IMG/VR virus record: IMGVR_UViG_3300028840_002431
Span: 62,001 to 126,000 of that record
DNA: 64,000 nucleotides
Direction: 5' to 3' (one strand)
Under the pieces are notes generated by a model. The model ran no database searches. It saw only the letters and a program-made list of their open reading frames with translations, and was not told where the DNA came from. The position numbers were made by a program, and so were the translations under genes. Of the stretch, positions 41,887 through 52,053 are shown one piece after another. Within the stretch, counting starts at the first letter, position 1. Every line of letters starts with the position of its first letter.

Positions 41887-43296
41887 TTAGTTCAGTTTGG
41901 CCTCGGTCTCGCCAGAAGCAGTCTCGCTGGCGCTTCGAGCGGCCGGGAAAGACCTAGCCTTTCTTGTGCGCCATGTCCGGACCCTGGCCGACCGGAGGTG
42001 GGCCACGATCTTACTCCAGATCTTGGCCATATTACTGGCGTGGTCGTAACTCCGATGGGAAACCTCTTCCACCAGGACTTCGAGCGCCTTGTCGCGGTCA
42101 GCGAGAATTCGTCTGGCGACGAAAACCTGATCCTTGTCGCTCTTGTACATCCCGCACTTTGCCTCAGACCGAAAATCCACTATGCGGATGTCGTCGGGGC
42201 TGAGCCGATCCACCCGGTCGATGAGAAAGACCGCGCTATCCAGATTGGCCTTTTCCTCGGGTTCGAGGTCGGCCCACGAGTAGAAATTCACGGCCTCGTT
42301 CTGGAGCGCCTTCTTGATGTCGTACAGGTCGCCCATCTCGTCGTCGAGAATGGCCTTGAGAGGTTTGTTCGTGACCAGAACGCTCTTCTTGCCCAGCGTC
42401 TCGACCTCCTGGCCGTCCAGAACGGTCTCGACCGCGATCGCGTCTTCCCCGTGGTCGGCCTTGAACTTGGCCACAACCTGCTCTTTGAGCTTGTCGTCCA
42501 GTTGGCTCGCTCCCCAGCTATCCAGGCCAGACAGGTCCCGGTGCTCCCCTTGGAGAGCCTCCATGAACGGAGCGATTAGCTCTTCCCGCTCGGCTGTGGA
42601 GTGTTGCCAGATCATCCGGGTTCGCCAGTGGAGATCGTGCCGCATGACCATCTTCCGGTCCCGATCCACCTGGACATCCTTGTCCAGATCGTAGCCGAAC
42701 CGGATCTCCGGATCGTGCTCCACGAAAATCCCCTTCACGAAGATCTTCCCGGCGTACTCATTGTCCAGCAACAGAGCACCGTAGCTCGTGTTGATCCGAA
42801 GACGATCCTCTTTCTTCTTGAGGAACAAGAAGCACGCCTTCTTCTCTTCCCACCACTCCTTGTCGATGTTGCCGATCTCGACCTGAACACGCTCGACCGG
42901 CTTACGACCCTTGTCGATCCGGAACGTGAGCACGTCGGCCTTGAACTTCTCGGAGTGCTCGATCCGGGGCGTCCACACCTCCGAACCCGATCGGATCTTG
43001 ACGGTGTGCCCGGCACGCAACAGGGCCAAGGTGCCGTCCTTCAACCCCTCTCCGAACTTGCCCCGGAGTTCATCGTTGTCGGCCTTGGTGGTATGGCCGT
43101 ATAACAACGCCTCGTACGGAAGCGTGGTCCCCTTGTTCTCGATCACCAGCGTCTGAGCGTCGGCCCGATAACGCACGGTCAGCGGGGCATCGAATTCGTC
43201 GGCGGCGTCTGCCGCGTTTTGTAACAACTCCCGAACCCCTTCAAAGGTTCTCCAGTCCGGTAGGTGGTTGCTCTTGATGGATAGCTCAATTTTCAT
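41887..43296 (-). CDS. GHKL (HSP90/MORC-like) ATPase domain protein
   Basis: RELLQNAAD, GKFGEGLK, strong RBS, degenerate EEVSH near the C-terminus. Confidence 0.8.
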   Translation of the reverse strand: MKIELSIKSNHLPDWRTFEGVRELLQNAADAADEFDAPLTVRYRADAQTLVIENKGTTLPYEALLYGHTTKADNDELRGKFGEGLKDGTLALLRAGHTVKIRSGSEVWTPRIEHSEKFKADVLTFRIDKGRKPVERVQVEIGNIDKEWWEEKKACFLFLKKKEDRLRINTSYGALLLDNEYAGKIFVKGIFVEHDPEIRFGYDLDKDVQVDRDRKMVMRHDLHWRTRMIWQHSTAEREELIAPFMEALQGEHRDLSGLDSWGASQLDDKLKEQVVAKFKADHGEDAIAVETVLDGQEVETLGKKSVLVTNKPLKAILDDEMGDLYDIKKALQNEAVNFYSWADLEPEEKANLDSAVFLIDRVDRLSPDDIRIVDFRSEAKCGMYKSDKDQVFVARRILADRDKALEVLVEEVSHRSYDHASNMAKIWSKIVAHLRSARVRTWRTRKARSFPAARSASETASGETEAKLN

Positions 43297-43368
43297 CCCT
43301 GACCTCCTCCTACTGTTACACCGGACCCTGGATAATTCAAAAGTTATTTTTAAAAAAGCCTAACTGTC

Positions 43369-43857
43369 ATGACCATAGATGCAGATCAGATACATAACGA
43401 CCTCTGGCAGGGGTCAGCCCCGCCTACCGGAACCCATGTAAAAGACGCTGGTTTTACCGCACTCGTCCTGTGCGCCGACGGGTACCAACCCCCAGCTTCT
43501 GAGTTCCCAGGCGTCCAGGTTATCCACGCTCCTAACACCGACGACCCGACTGTACCGCCCAGGAGAGCCGACCTGAACCGGGCCTTACAAGCCGCTGGCC
43601 AAGCAGCCGAAATCTTAGAACAAGGTGGGAAAGTGCTCGTCACGTGCCGGATGGGGATCAATCGGTCCAGTCTTGTGACGGCCCTCACCCTTCACAAACT
43701 GACAGGTATGTCCGGCTTGGAGGCTTGTGAACGGATAATGTCAAAGCGTTTGGCCCTGACCAACCCTCAGTTCCTCAAGTGTCTTTCTCGGATTCCGGCT
43801 CGTCTGGATCTTGAAGGTAATCCCACAATAAGCCGCGTCGTTTCGACTCGTCCCTAG
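43369..43857 (+). CDS. dual-specificity protein phosphatase
   Basis: VLVTCRMGINRS (CX5R). Confidence 0.9.
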   Translation: MTIDADQIHNDLWQGSAPPTGTHVKDAGFTALVLCADGYQPPASEFPGVQVIHAPNTDDPTVPPRRADLNRALQAAGQAAEILEQGGKVLVTCRMGINRSSLVTALTLHKLTGMSGLEACERIMSKRLALTNPQFLKCLSRIPARLDLEGNPTISRVVSTRP

Positions 43858-44359
43858 GTTCCATCACTTCCCGAAGAACCGTCAGCGCCTTACCGGCCGC
43901 CTTCTCTGTCATACCTTGGGATACGATGGTGATGCCCGTCTCGGAGGGAGCTAACACCACGCCCTTGGGAACACCCTTTTCTTCCAACCTTTTGATGGCA
44001 CACTCGGCGGTACGTATGACCTGCCTTGCCCGTGCCTCTTCTTGCCGGGCTTTGGCCTCGATGTCCAAACACTTGACAATGTGGTTGATGATCTTGTCTA
44101 CCGGTAGGAGGCCCGCCTTGTTCTGCCGAAACCGTTTGATTTCCGTATGCTCGGTTTTCACCCGGAAAACGTGGATCATGCTCCCCATGACCTGGAGATC
44201 AAGGCGGACCTTGTCCCTACCGATATTAACAACAATCGAGTCGCGGCGAGAAGTGTCAAAAGGACCTAACTGCTCCTGCGTTCTATACATACGTCTGGTT
44301 CGACGCTGAACACCGTCCAGAATCTCCTGTTGCAGTTTAACAGGGTCCACCATCACCAT
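43775..44359 (-). CDS. hypothetical protein
   Basis: 194 aa, coupled to the phosphoesterase. Confidence 0.65.
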   Translation of the reverse strand: MVMVDPVKLQQEILDGVQRRTRRMYRTQEQLGPFDTSRRDSIVVNIGRDKVRLDLQVMGSMIHVFRVKTEHTEIKRFRQNKAGLLPVDKIINHIVKCLDIEAKARQEEARARQVIRTAECAIKRLEEKGVPKGVVLAPSETGITIVSQGMTEKAAGKALTVLREVMEPRDESKRRGLLWDYLQDPDEPESEKDT

Positions 44360-45204
44360 CAGTCGTCACCGATGCACACCTTGTTAAAATACACCTTCTT
44401 CGGGTACACCTGGACGAACTCTGGGTCAGTTGGAAGCGACTGAGGCAAGACCATCGCGGTGAGCGGACCACCGTACGCGCACCCGGTGTCGATGCCGTAG
44501 CAACAGCCACCAGGAAACCGGTCGATACGAGGATTTTTAAAGTCGGCTACGGCGTGCCCGTAGATGACACTCTCCGGACCCTTCCATAGCTCGGTCCAGT
44601 AGACCATCCCGATGGCAGCGTCATCCAGAGTGGCCTCCCGTGTGAAAGCCGGGAGAAGCCGGGACGGACAACTGTCGAAGAATTTCTTAGGTAGTGACGT
44701 GAACGCCCGACGAGGAGTTCTTGACCCCTTCTTCCAACCGACGAACTTCCCCGTCTCGTCCACAAACCGAACCCGTAGAACGCCCTTCTTCTGATCCTCG
44801 AAGGAGAACATCGGCTCCAGGCCGCCATGGACCACGACCATACCGTTCTCAAGGTTCAGGGTCATCGGGAGATTGGCCATCCACTCCATCTCCTCGTCGG
44901 TGAAGGCCGCATTCTCGGCGGCCCGCTCCGGAGGAAACGGACGCATGGGATTCTTTTTACCGGTGATTTTACGGACCGCCTCGTGCTTCCGCCACCGGAT
45001 GTGCTTCTCCTCATGGTTCCCCATGACGACGGTAGCGCCGCACTCTCTGGCGAAGCGTACACATCCGACGGAGTCAGGTCCCCGATCCACGAGGTCCCCA
45101 ACCGAGACGAGCCTGTCCCTCCCTTTGGAAAAGGACAGTAATTTCAGTAGCTCACGGAACTCATCGAGGCAACCGTGAACGTCGCCTATGACAATCGTAC
45201 GCAT
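44359..45204 (-). CDS. metallophosphoesterase (ApaH/PrpA/Pnkp-like)
   Basis: GDVHG, GDLVDRG, GNHE, VHGG, YGH, IDTGC. Confidence 0.93.
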   Translation of the reverse strand: MRTIVIGDVHGCLDEFRELLKLLSFSKGRDRLVSVGDLVDRGPDSVGCVRFARECGATVVMGNHEEKHIRWRKHEAVRKITGKKNPMRPFPPERAAENAAFTDEEMEWMANLPMTLNLENGMVVVHGGLEPMFSFEDQKKGVLRVRFVDETGKFVGWKKGSRTPRRAFTSLPKKFFDSCPSRLLPAFTREATLDDAAIGMVYWTELWKGPESVIYGHAVADFKNPRIDRFPGGCCYGIDTGCAYGGPLTAMVLPQSLPTDPEFVQVYPKKVYFNKVCIGDD

Positions 45205-45250
45205 ATCTGTACTACGCCGGGCGGGTGTAAAACCAAAAGATTAAAGCACC

Positions 45251-45907
45251 TTATGGGATCGGTGCAACTTTGGGCGGCCTCAGGGAATAAAGAACCTCTT
45301 CGGCTTCGTGGTTGGCGACCGCCTTCCGCACCTTCTCAGGGACATCCTTACCATTCGAGATAGCCCAACGCACTAAGTTCGTATGAGCCTTGAGGAACGT
45401 CCCCACCGCCATAATATTAATGTGCTGGGTGGAGATGTCCAAAACTCTAGGAGTCTCCCGGAACCACTGCTCTACGAGCCTCGTAGCCAAACCTTGTCTT
45501 CGGTACCCGTCACGAACAATGATCTCATGCCAATGGCGAGTCATGTTGCCGGGAATTACATAAGAGCCAATGATCAAGGCCCCATCAAACACAATGACCC
45601 CGGCTCTATTATCCCCCGTCAACGGGATCTCTGGGCATCGATCGTGAATCGGGAAGATGCTCACCGCTTTCGAGGTGTCCGAAACCCCAAGCTGATAAGT
45701 GTAGGGGGTCCCCTCAAGAGGGCGTTTAGGCCCCTTAAAAGGAACCGTCGGTAACGAGACCACATTAGGAACAGCACGCCTCAGTACAAAACAAGCGTAA
45801 AGTTCTCTTGGGGTTAACGTCCAACGATAGGCTATCTCAGACGCCAACGGAGCCTCGCCGCTGTAGCAGACGGCGGCGACTCCGGGCTGGCGCTCCCTCA
45901 CGGGCAT
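45251..45907 (-). CDS. GNAT acetyltransferase (paralog 1, true start uncertain)
   Basis: VRDGYRRQGLAT. Confidence 0.7.
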   Translation of the reverse strand: MPVRERQPGVAAVCYSGEAPLASEIAYRWTLTPRELYACFVLRRAVPNVVSLPTVPFKGPKRPLEGTPYTYQLGVSDTSKAVSIFPIHDRCPEIPLTGDNRAGVIVFDGALIIGSYVIPGNMTRHWHEIIVRDGYRRQGLATRLVEQWFRETPRVLDISTQHINIMAVGTFLKAHTNLVRWAISNGKDVPEKVRKAVANHEAEEVLYSLRPPKVAPIP

Positions 45908-46472
45908 TCAGTTTCGCCATAATCTCCTGGGCTTCCGTTCCGGCAGCCACCGCATCCCTGACGTTTTGCGGGACAGGCTTTCCGGCAGCAACAGCCCAGG
46001 TTACAACATTGGAATGCGCCCTGATGAAAGTCTTACACGCCATGAAATTGATAGGTTGTTGGGTCGTATCGACAACGCCGGGGACCTCTTTTTGCCACTG
46101 CTCGATCAGCTTCGTACCCAACCCTTGTTGGCGGAACTCTTCCCGAACAATGATTTGCCTTACACCAGGGCCAACGTTACCTGAGATTATATAGGACGCG
46201 ATAACGAAGTGTCCCTTGTAGATAATGACACCCGCTCTTCTATCACCCGAGAGCGGGATGTTTGGGTACTCCGCATGAATCGGCGCTATGTCCGATGCCA
46301 CAGAAGTATCAGAAACAGCGCACTGATACATGTAAGGTGTTCCCTCAAGAGGTCGCTTGGGACACGCGAAGGGAATCGTCGCCAATGCTGCGCGAGCCGT
46401 TGTGCTATGCACTGGCCTGAAACAGGCGTAAAGTTCTTTTGGGGTTAACGTCCAACGGTATGCTAGGGGCAT
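45837..46472 (-). CDS. GNAT acetyltransferase (paralog 2)
   Basis: VREEFRQQGLGT, similar along its length to paralog 1. Confidence 0.75.
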   Translation of the reverse strand: MPLAYRWTLTPKELYACFRPVHSTTARAALATIPFACPKRPLEGTPYMYQCAVSDTSVASDIAPIHAEYPNIPLSGDRRAGVIIYKGHFVIASYIISGNVGPGVRQIIVREEFRQQGLGTKLIEQWQKEVPGVVDTTQQPINFMACKTFIRAHSNVVTWAVAAGKPVPQNVRDAVAAGTEAQEIMAKLNAREGAPARSRRRLLQRRGSVGV

Positions 46473-46484
46473 CGATACGTCTCC

Positions 46485-47951
46485 TTAGGACGGGCCGGGC
46501 GGCTCAGGGAGGAACCCGGCGTCAATGGCAAGCGGTATCGGCAACGCAAAACCAAGGGAGGAGTCTAGCAGCCAAGTGCCCACACCATCGGAAATCAACC
46601 TAAGAGGCTCATAAGTTGACCACACAACGGCAGTCTCACCCGCCCCCAAATCTGGTGAGACAGCGTCTCCCGGCGCTGGCTGCACAACGACTACAGCACC
46701 GGAAGTACCCGTCTTCTTCTTGGCTTTCTTGGACAGGTAGTTAAGAAACGTTATGGCTTTCGTAGCGCTTTCGGGTGTGATCGGGGGTAGAGTCAGAATA
46801 ACATAACCAGAAGTCGGACTATCGAGTCTGGGCGACCGCCCCGCCACCATGTCATAGAAGTCAACATCAACACGAACCGGCCCCCAACTCGCGTAGTCTT
46901 GCGTGTTATACAGAAGCCAAGACTGAGGGTCAGTGCCCATCACGACGCTCTCGGACTTCGGGTGATTCAAGATCCACGTCGTTCCAAAATATGTGACACC
47001 ACTACTCACAGCCACCGCTATGCCACCCGGTTGGACCGCCCCCTCTTCAAAGGGCGATGGGCGTGTCCAAGCCCCCGTCGCCACGGTCCAGACCCCATTT
47101 TCTATGGGGTCCGTCTGAGCCGAGAGAAGAACAACATCGTCCGCAGCAAGCACCTGACCGTCTATAGTGCTCCCCTCCCCGGAAAGAGATGCAACGTTGG
47201 CCACGGCAACAACGTCGGCGGAGTCAACCGCTGGCGGTGCCGACTCGATAACAATAACCCAATTCTGTGGATCATCGCCAACAGTTATAGGGACACCAGA
47301 CGGGTTCCAGAAAGCCCAGCGTTGAGTTACCTCCGGTGGCCCCGGATCTGTCTCCATCTCGACTATGGCATCCTGAATCGCAGCGCCGGTATCAGCATCG
47401 GGAGCGCGGGTCCAGGCCCCCGACGCAACGATATAGATACCATTTGCTATTTGATCCTCCGTTTGGCTTAACGCACAAGCGCGAAGAACGCGATCACCAG
47501 CCGAAACCACGACGCCTTCTTTGTCCCCCTCACCGGAAAGGTCCGTTGTAGAATCGATAAGAACCTGGACAACGTCAACGAGCGTTGGAACGGTGCTCGT
47601 GGCATCATACAACTCGCCCGGCGTATCGTCCTTCCACTTCATAGTCGCTGTGACGGCCGCTAAACTGCCACCGCTCGTGATTTGGACCTCTTGCCCGAAG
47701 TCGTTTATCGCGAAAAGCTCGGACACACCTCCAACGTTCTTCGAGTAGACCTTCGCAGAACCAGCGGTAGGGTCAGGAGCGTCCGGGAGAACGTTGTATT
47801 GACTGGGACCTCCCGCTGACGTGGCGGGAGTTATCACACCATCGGAGTCTTTGAGGGAAGGATTACCGTTCTCATCCACGAAGAATGTAAGGTGTGAGGG
47901 AGGTGGGGTTGGAACTCCATCACCGGGTCTCTTTTTCAATGCTATCGACAT
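46485..47951 (-). CDS. tail fibre/decoration protein
   Basis: Two copies of the GDRVL..QT..NG(I/V)(Y/W)..GAWTR phage fibre module. Confidence 0.75.
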   Translation of the reverse strand: MSIALKKRPGDGVPTPPPSHLTFFVDENGNPSLKDSDGVITPATSAGGPSQYNVLPDAPDPTAGSAKVYSKNVGGVSELFAINDFGQEVQITSGGSLAAVTATMKWKDDTPGELYDATSTVPTLVDVVQVLIDSTTDLSGEGDKEGVVVSAGDRVLRACALSQTEDQIANGIYIVASGAWTRAPDADTGAAIQDAIVEMETDPGPPEVTQRWAFWNPSGVPITVGDDPQNWVIVIESAPPAVDSADVVAVANVASLSGEGSTIDGQVLAADDVVLLSAQTDPIENGVWTVATGAWTRPSPFEEGAVQPGGIAVAVSSGVTYFGTTWILNHPKSESVVMGTDPQSWLLYNTQDYASWGPVRVDVDFYDMVAGRSPRLDSPTSGYVILTLPPITPESATKAITFLNYLSKKAKKKTGTSGAVVVVQPAPGDAVSPDLGAGETAVVWSTYEPLRLISDGVGTWLLDSSLGFALPIPLAIDAGFLPEPPGPS

Positions 47952-47963
47952 ACAAGACTCCCT

Positions 47964-48647
47964 CTAGATCTGTTCCGGCTCAATGTAGTGGTAATGTAGA
48001 ACGGCCACCCAGGTGTCAGGAGTCTCCCCAAACGGAGTGCATACGACCCTGAATTTGACGCCGAAAAACCGGCCACCCAACGGGCCAGCGTTAACTGTTG
48101 GCATGATCCATGACGGTGCTTGGTCTATCGAGCCTTGGCCAGCCGGTGCCACCACTATAGGAAACACTGTGCCACCAGATCCTACATTCTTGACCTCGAC
48201 GAACCGGCCGTCGTCAGGCGGTAAGGCTGTCGGTAGTTGCACGATCAGCCCCGGCCCTGCGGTGCTATCACATATAACAGTCTCGCCCAGCGTGGCCGGG
48301 TATCCAGCGGGGTGTGTGGCCACCGTAACGGGAACCGGAGTAAGAACAAGACTCTGTTCACTCCCTGGTACACCGCCACCTGCGGGACCTGTCGGCCCAG
48401 TCGCTCCCGGACTACCGGGAGATCCCGCTGGCCCTTGCGCCCCCGTCGGACCCGTAGGTCCCGGAGGGCCGCCCGTCGCGCCTGTTGGTCCTTGAGGTCC
48501 TGTCGGCCCAGTCGCCCCCACCGGCACAACACCGCCACCAGGGGTCTTGAACGCGGGGTTCCCACTTGGGTCAACAAAAAAAGCCACGTGTGCCGGATCA
48601 GGCGTCGGCACTCCAGCGGCAGGTCTCTTTCTTAGTAGTATGGCCAT
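47964..48647 (-). CDS. collagen-like fibre protein
   Basis: G-X-Y triplets GATGPTGPQGPT. Confidence 0.8.
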   Translation of the reverse strand: MAILLRKRPAAGVPTPDPAHVAFFVDPSGNPAFKTPGGGVVPVGATGPTGPQGPTGATGGPPGPTGPTGAQGPAGSPGSPGATGPTGPAGGGVPGSEQSLVLTPVPVTVATHPAGYPATLGETVICDSTAGPGLIVQLPTALPPDDGRFVEVKNVGSGGTVFPIVVAPAGQGSIDQAPSWIMPTVNAGPLGGRFFGVKFRVVCTPFGETPDTWVAVLHYHYIEPEQI

Positions 48648-48650
48648 ACT

Positions 48651-49223
48651 TTACCCGAGTTGCATCCAGTTTGCGCCGTCCGAACGAAGGATGATCCATT
48701 CGTAGTCCGTGTTGAGAACCGCACTCGCGGCACCGTCTATGGTCTCAATACCGGCCGTATTCACCGTACACGCGAAAGTAGCCGCCGAAACCAGCTTGAC
48801 CCATATCTCCCGGTCGGTGTTCCCGACCGCCGTGGGCAAGTTGACGGCGATAGCCGCTCCCGCCACATTCACCCTGACGAGTTCGCCTATCGACGCCGCG
48901 TAGGTAGGGCCGACTTGAACGGCTGTTTGGGCGACTGGAGAGCCGACGAGCAGCACAGCGCCCGGTGCCTTCCAAGTGGCCGCCGCTGGGGAGTCGGCTG
49001 TTAGAATACTTCCAAGCACGGGAGGCGCTGAAGCCGAAACATCAACGGGCGCTCCCGTTGTGGCCAACTCATCTGCCGTCCCGACACCGGACGGACGGAC
49101 CGTGCCAGCGTCGTCCTTTGTCTTTAAAATATCGTCAGCACTGTCAACAAACAGGCGTAGTTGATCTGTTTGCGGAAGCGGAACGCTGGCAGCGCTCTGT
49201 TTCTTGATAGTGATCATACCCAT
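48651..49223 (-). CDS. fibre/decoration protein
   Basis: VNLPTA..ETIDG..LRSDGANW domain shared with neighbours. Confidence 0.75.
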   Translation of the reverse strand: MGMITIKKQSAASVPLPQTDQLRLFVDSADDILKTKDDAGTVRPSGVGTADELATTGAPVDVSASAPPVLGSILTADSPAAATWKAPGAVLLVGSPVAQTAVQVGPTYAASIGELVRVNVAGAAIAVNLPTAVGNTDREIWVKLVSAATFACTVNTAGIETIDGAASAVLNTDYEWIILRSDGANWMQLG

Positions 49224-49267
49224 AATTCAATAGCCTCCAAAGACTCCGCTCGATGAATAACTTATCG

Positions 49268-50503
49268 CTATCCGTGTTCCACGACCTTCCCGGTCACACG
49301 CCAGTCGATGCTTTCGCCAGCGTCTCCGGTAACTTGAATAAGAATAGTGGGGCCACCGCCAGGAGCGGTAAGCGTTACATCCCAAGCAGCGGCTCCCGCG
49401 TCTTGGAAAGGCCCGTTGAAGAAATTAATGTCCTTGATTGTTACGGTTGCCGCCCCGGCTGCCCTGTGGGCAACAGCCGCGATCATGAAGAGAGCCGTGT
49501 CAGTGTTGGCGTTAGATTGGGCCTCTACCAGTATATCGAGGGCGATGATCCGGTTGTCAGACGCCGTTGTGTAAGAATAGATCGTGGTCGGAGCCGCAGT
49601 CGTCGTTATAACGGTATCGTCCACGAACGTTTGACCAGGGAGCGAGCTTTCCAGAGCCGCTATGATGTCAAAACCGTCATAAGGAGTGATGTCGATGATA
49701 TCGCCATCAACCACCAAAGTTCCGTCAACAACCATCGATGACGTGTAGCCCATCTGGTCGTTCTCTTGGACAACACGCCGAGAACGAGTAGGAACGTACA
49801 GGATCGAGAAATTGTCCTCCGTGCGGCCCGGTGTGGCGTTCCCCTCCGATACCAAGTCGCCGCCGTCCCCAATGATTACGTCATCGACGTAAACCATGTC
49901 CTGCTTCTCAGGAATAAGCTGTTCGTCGGTTACTTCGGCCAGCGTATAACCACCGCCTCCGCCCTCTCCTGAAATAACCGTAAAGAGCAAAGGCGTAGTG
50001 TTAAGAGTGATCGGCGCGGCGGACGCCAGAATGTACAGTTTCGAGTTTGTGGTGGCACCTTCCGGACCAGTCCCAACGACCATTCCAGGGCTTATCTGCG
50101 CGGAGTTCGCCATGTCCCCACGACGCTCCAGAATGAAGGGTAAGGACCCGCTGCCGAGTTGGGTGATAGTCCAAACCCCGTTATCCGCGTCAGCCGCCCC
50201 GTTGAGGAACAGAAACGAATCATTGAGATCCGGCGTCACACCATCTATGGCCGGGATAAGCCCAAAGGCATCAGCCGTGATGATATTACCTACACGAGTG
50301 TAAGCCGGAAGCGCCGCAGCCGACCCCATTCTAACAGCGTCTTTCCAGTCCTGGACGCCAGCCACCGGATAGACCGCGCCGAGATGATCCTTGAGCTTGA
50401 GAAGCCCGTCAGCTTGGTCTTTGAATAAACGGGCTTTTCCAGCGGCGGACGCTACCGGAATCGAGGTGGCAACTTCTTCTGTGAATTGGATGTTGGAAGC
50501 CAT
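49268..50503 (-). CDS. tail fibre-like structural protein
   Basis: DWKDAVR..IDGVT..NGVW module. Confidence 0.72.
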   Translation of the reverse strand: MASNIQFTEEVATSIPVASAAGKARLFKDQADGLLKLKDHLGAVYPVAGVQDWKDAVRMGSAAALPAYTRVGNIITADAFGLIPAIDGVTPDLNDSFLFLNGAADADNGVWTITQLGSGSLPFILERRGDMANSAQISPGMVVGTGPEGATTNSKLYILASAAPITLNTTPLLFTVISGEGGGGGYTLAEVTDEQLIPEKQDMVYVDDVIIGDGGDLVSEGNATPGRTEDNFSILYVPTRSRRVVQENDQMGYTSSMVVDGTLVVDGDIIDITPYDGFDIIAALESSLPGQTFVDDTVITTTAAPTTIYSYTTASDNRIIALDILVEAQSNANTDTALFMIAAVAHRAAGAATVTIKDINFFNGPFQDAGAAAWDVTLTAPGGGPTILIQVTGDAGESIDWRVTGKVVEHG

Positions 50504-50507
50504 CTAT

Positions 50508-51095
50508 TCAAATCTCCAAAAGTATTAGTTCACCGACTGCGTCCAATTCCCCTTCGAGGTTGACACCACCAACAACGATCATCTGTTGGTACTGGGGGAT
50601 GGTTACAATGTCCCCAGCGGGAACCGTTTCGTAACTGAAGTTATCGACCCCGCCCCCTCCGCCTCCCGCACGGATAAGAGGGTTCAACTTCGTGGACCAA
50701 CCGTAATCTGTGTCCCCCTCGCGAGTCTCCGTAACAAATCCGACACGGGTGCTAAAAGCCGTGAGGGAGAAAAGGCCGAACGTGATCTCTATGGGTCCGC
50801 CCGTGCCCGTGACCCAACTCTTGAAACCTAACGCCCGCCCAGTTGCTGCGGGAAACACACACGTGACGACGGTCGTCGGAGTCGTAACTAAGTGTGTGCC
50901 AGGGTTGACATCGGTGAGAGGCGGAGCGGTGGATAGCTCATCGGTTCCGAAGATTTGAAGATACCATTCAACAACGCTTGTTGCGTCCTGTAGCTTGATA
51001 CTAATCGTATTGCCCGGAGTTACATCCACTCCGTCCGTGGTCGGAACGAAAGGACCAACTCCATCTTGAACTAGGCATACAGGGGAAAGAGGCAT
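50508..51095 (-). CDS. putative structural protein
   Basis: C-terminal DNFSY..TIPQYQQMIV..LEGEL module also repeated in 49268..50503. Confidence 0.65.
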   Translation of the reverse strand: MPLSPVCLVQDGVGPFVPTTDGVDVTPGNTISIKLQDATSVVEWYLQIFGTDELSTAPPLTDVNPGTHLVTTPTTVVTCVFPAATGRALGFKSWVTGTGGPIEITFGLFSLTAFSTRVGFVTETREGDTDYGWSTKLNPLIRAGGGGGGVDNFSYETVPAGDIVTIPQYQQMIVVGGVNLEGELDAVGELILLEI

Positions 51096-51202
51096 TTCAC
51101 TCCAAGCGGACCGATAGATAAAAAACGGGTTATGCGAGCCTTTCCACAAGTTGCCGTTACATAAGGAAAAATTTACGGGCCTCTCATGGTGTAAGAAGGA
51201 AA

Positions 51203-51778
51203 ATGGTCTACCCCGACTCCGAATTCATCAAACACGGTGAGTCCCTCATCACACCGTTTGACCCGAAACGAGTTCAGCCAGCCAGCTATGATCTGAGCCT
51301 GTATGAAGAACTGCTCGTCCCGAAGCCCGTAGGCCCGACCGGGACCCGACCCGTCAACCGCGTGGTAGATCTACGCGAGGACAACCCTAAGAAACTCATA
51401 GAGTCTGTTAAAATAAAGGATCGGTACGAACTTATCCCAGGAGCCTGTGTCCTGGGTTCGACCGTGGAGACAGTCCATTGTCCTACAAACGCCGCCGCGA
51501 GAGTCGAAGGCAAGTCCAGTTTGGGACGGCTTTTCTTAGCGGTACACGTTACGGCCGGATTCATCGATCCCGGCTTCAACGGCCAAGTGACCTTAGAGAT
51601 CGTCAATCACGGACCCTGGACAGTGGTCCTTTGGACTGGGATGCCGATCGCCCAAATCAACTTTTCAACGCTTCTTTACACTTGCGACAGACCTTACGGG
51701 TCCCCGGTGTTGGACAGCCACTACCAGGGACAACGAGGGCCAACTGCCGCTGCGGGAGAACGGAGTAAGAAACGGTGA
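51203..51778 (+). CDS. dcd: dCTP deaminase
   Basis: QPASYDL, EGKSSLGR, AGFIDPGF.G.VTLE, YQGQ. Confidence 0.95.
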   Translation: MVYPDSEFIKHGESLITPFDPKRVQPASYDLSLYEELLVPKPVGPTGTRPVNRVVDLREDNPKKLIESVKIKDRYELIPGACVLGSTVETVHCPTNAAARVEGKSSLGRLFLAVHVTAGFIDPGFNGQVTLEIVNHGPWTVVLWTGMPIAQINFSTLLYTCDRPYGSPVLDSHYQGQRGPTAAAGERSKKR

Positions 51779-52053
51779 GCGCAGTCTTAGAATTACCTTG
51801 CAAGAAATGTGGAAAGTCAACATCACACCAATATCAGGAATCTCCGGGTAGAGACCCCTCCTGGAATTGTGTGACCTGCGACCACAATGTGGAACCAAGG
51901 TTCGTACAACAGTTGATCGACTCCTCCGAAGATTGGAAGACGAGAGCTTTGCGAGCCGAAGGGCACCTCGAAACGAATCAAAAGGCGAAAGCCCGTGGCC
52001 GGGCGTGGGGCGGCAAAGCGCCAGACCGCTTCATGCGTTACAGATTTCGTTAA
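51775..52053 (+). CDS. zinc-ribbon hypothetical protein
   Basis: CKKC..CVTC, GTGA overlap. Confidence 0.6.
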   Translation: MSAVLELPCKKCGKSTSHQYQESPGRDPSWNCVTCDHNVEPRFVQQLIDSSEDWKTRALRAEGHLETNQKAKARGRAWGGKAPDRFMRYRFR

